A stretch of 63,722 bases of DNA, filler included, from Reticulomyxa filosa (Eukaryota; Protista; Foraminifera): NCBI GenBank assembly GCA_000512085.1. It is 18 parts of 18 records of this genome, joined end to end, with 100 filler letters (N's around TTAATTAATTAA, not from the genome) between each part and the next. Parts side by side here need not be neighbours in the genome. Positions count along the whole stretch, not along the records: positions 62,273 to 63,722 come from ASPP01005584.1; 17 more parts are not named here. One strand, given 5' to 3'. The position numbers and the translations under genes are program-made. Shown in pieces: positions 63,020-63,722 of this stretch (its first letter is position 1; each line of letters begins with the position of its first letter). The notes under the pieces were generated by a model. That model saw only the letters and a program-made list of their open reading frames with translations. It was not told where the DNA came from and did not search any database.

Positions 63020-63722
63020 GTTATTGTTATTATTACTACTATTATTGTCATTATTATTATTATTATTATTGTTATTATTATTATTATTATTGTTATTATT
63101 GAAATTCAGTTGTCTACTCTTCAACTTTGGTCTATGCTTCCTTGCGTTGATATTGCTATAACCACTATAGTCTTGATACCTTCGCTTTGGCATTGGAAAC
63201 TGGCGCGGACGATTGACATTGGAATGACCCGATTTTGACCACCACTCACCCTTTTCAACACTTGTGGACAATAACTTCATCGATGCCGACTTTTGTAACG
63301 TCGGCAGCCCGACGTTTGGAAAGGGTTGGCTCGTCGTGGCATTGTTCGATGGCATGGGCGTGGCTGTTTTTGTGCTGTAGAAGTGGTCCACGGCATTGCT
63401 GGCGCCCTTGGCCGATGTACGTCTCATCAATTGACTCTGCATCGGGTTGTGCACGATGTCGACGCCCAAATTCGGAATGGGCGCCGTCGTTGAAAGTGCA
63501 ATGGGAAGTGAGGGAGGAGGGGGAGGCGGTTCGGGTCGTAAGGCTTTGTTTTGGTGCAGTCTTTTGTTGCTGCCCAAGTTTTTTCCTTCTGCTGAAAGTC
63601 CATGAAATGAATACGCTTGCATTTGAAGCTGTTTGTGAATATCTTTGATATCTGGGATTGCCTTTTCTTCATCATTACCGTTATTATTATTATTGTTATT
63701 ATTATTATTATTATTATTATTA
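62273..63722 (-). CDS. low-complexity protein fragment (poly-N, ES/ET, HG/HD and acidic repeats)
   Basis: One long open frame containing (AAT)n-derived poly-Asn, HGHGHG/HDHD tracts and an acidic tract. No folded domain recognised. Confidence 0.6.

Noticed and set aside
62348-63238. Plus-strand ORFs of poly-Ile, poly-Leu and poly-Tyr that look like membrane proteins
   Set aside because: They are antisense or off-frame translations of (AAT)n and hexamer microsatellites in the minus-strand low-complexity gene.
1-63722. Apparent clustering of ubiquitin/immune-like genes as a defence island
   Set aside because: They lie on separate concatenated contigs. Only within-contig neighbours are informative.
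1-63722. rRNA, tRNA or CRISPR loci
   Set aside because: None recognised by eye. A tRNAscan-SE or Infernal run would be needed to exclude small RNAs.

Overview
AT-rich eukaryotic DNA with short GT-AG introns and many microsatellites. It is not one locus: 18 contig pieces are joined by 17 identical artificial 100-nt spacers (N44-TTAATTAATTAA-N44), so adjacency across spacers means nothing. The gene content suggests a rhizarian, probably a foraminiferan such as Reticulomyxa (inference from the EFL relic and the families present). All family calls are motif recognition by eye, not database hits. Recognisable genes: kinesin, CDPK-type EF-hand tail, GPS/GAIN-7TM receptor, HEAT-repeat protein, FAM227-like, histone H1-like, SLC37-like MFS transporter, PITH protein, WDR3/Utp12 start, CUE-PUB protein, ALY/REF-like RRM, a 7-blade WD40 protein, a giant RNF213-like AAA+ ATPase plus a decayed paralogue, IKS1-like kinase, SAM-SAM-UIM protein and WDR18/Ipi3. 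There are also several pseudogenes and Tc1-like relics. The best novel candidate is an intact 8-exon chimeric gene (35641-37671, minus). In it, the short helical WxR-x4-LGW module that caps the WD40 protein at 40790 is fused to a clathrin heavy-chain terminal beta-propeller that stops before the clathrin legs. Other leads are a mitochondrial-type pseudo-peroxidase, SAM plus cold-shock-like domains on the RNF213-like protein, tandem BC-box/Cul2-box-like relics, and introns with poly-A acceptors and self-complementary ends.
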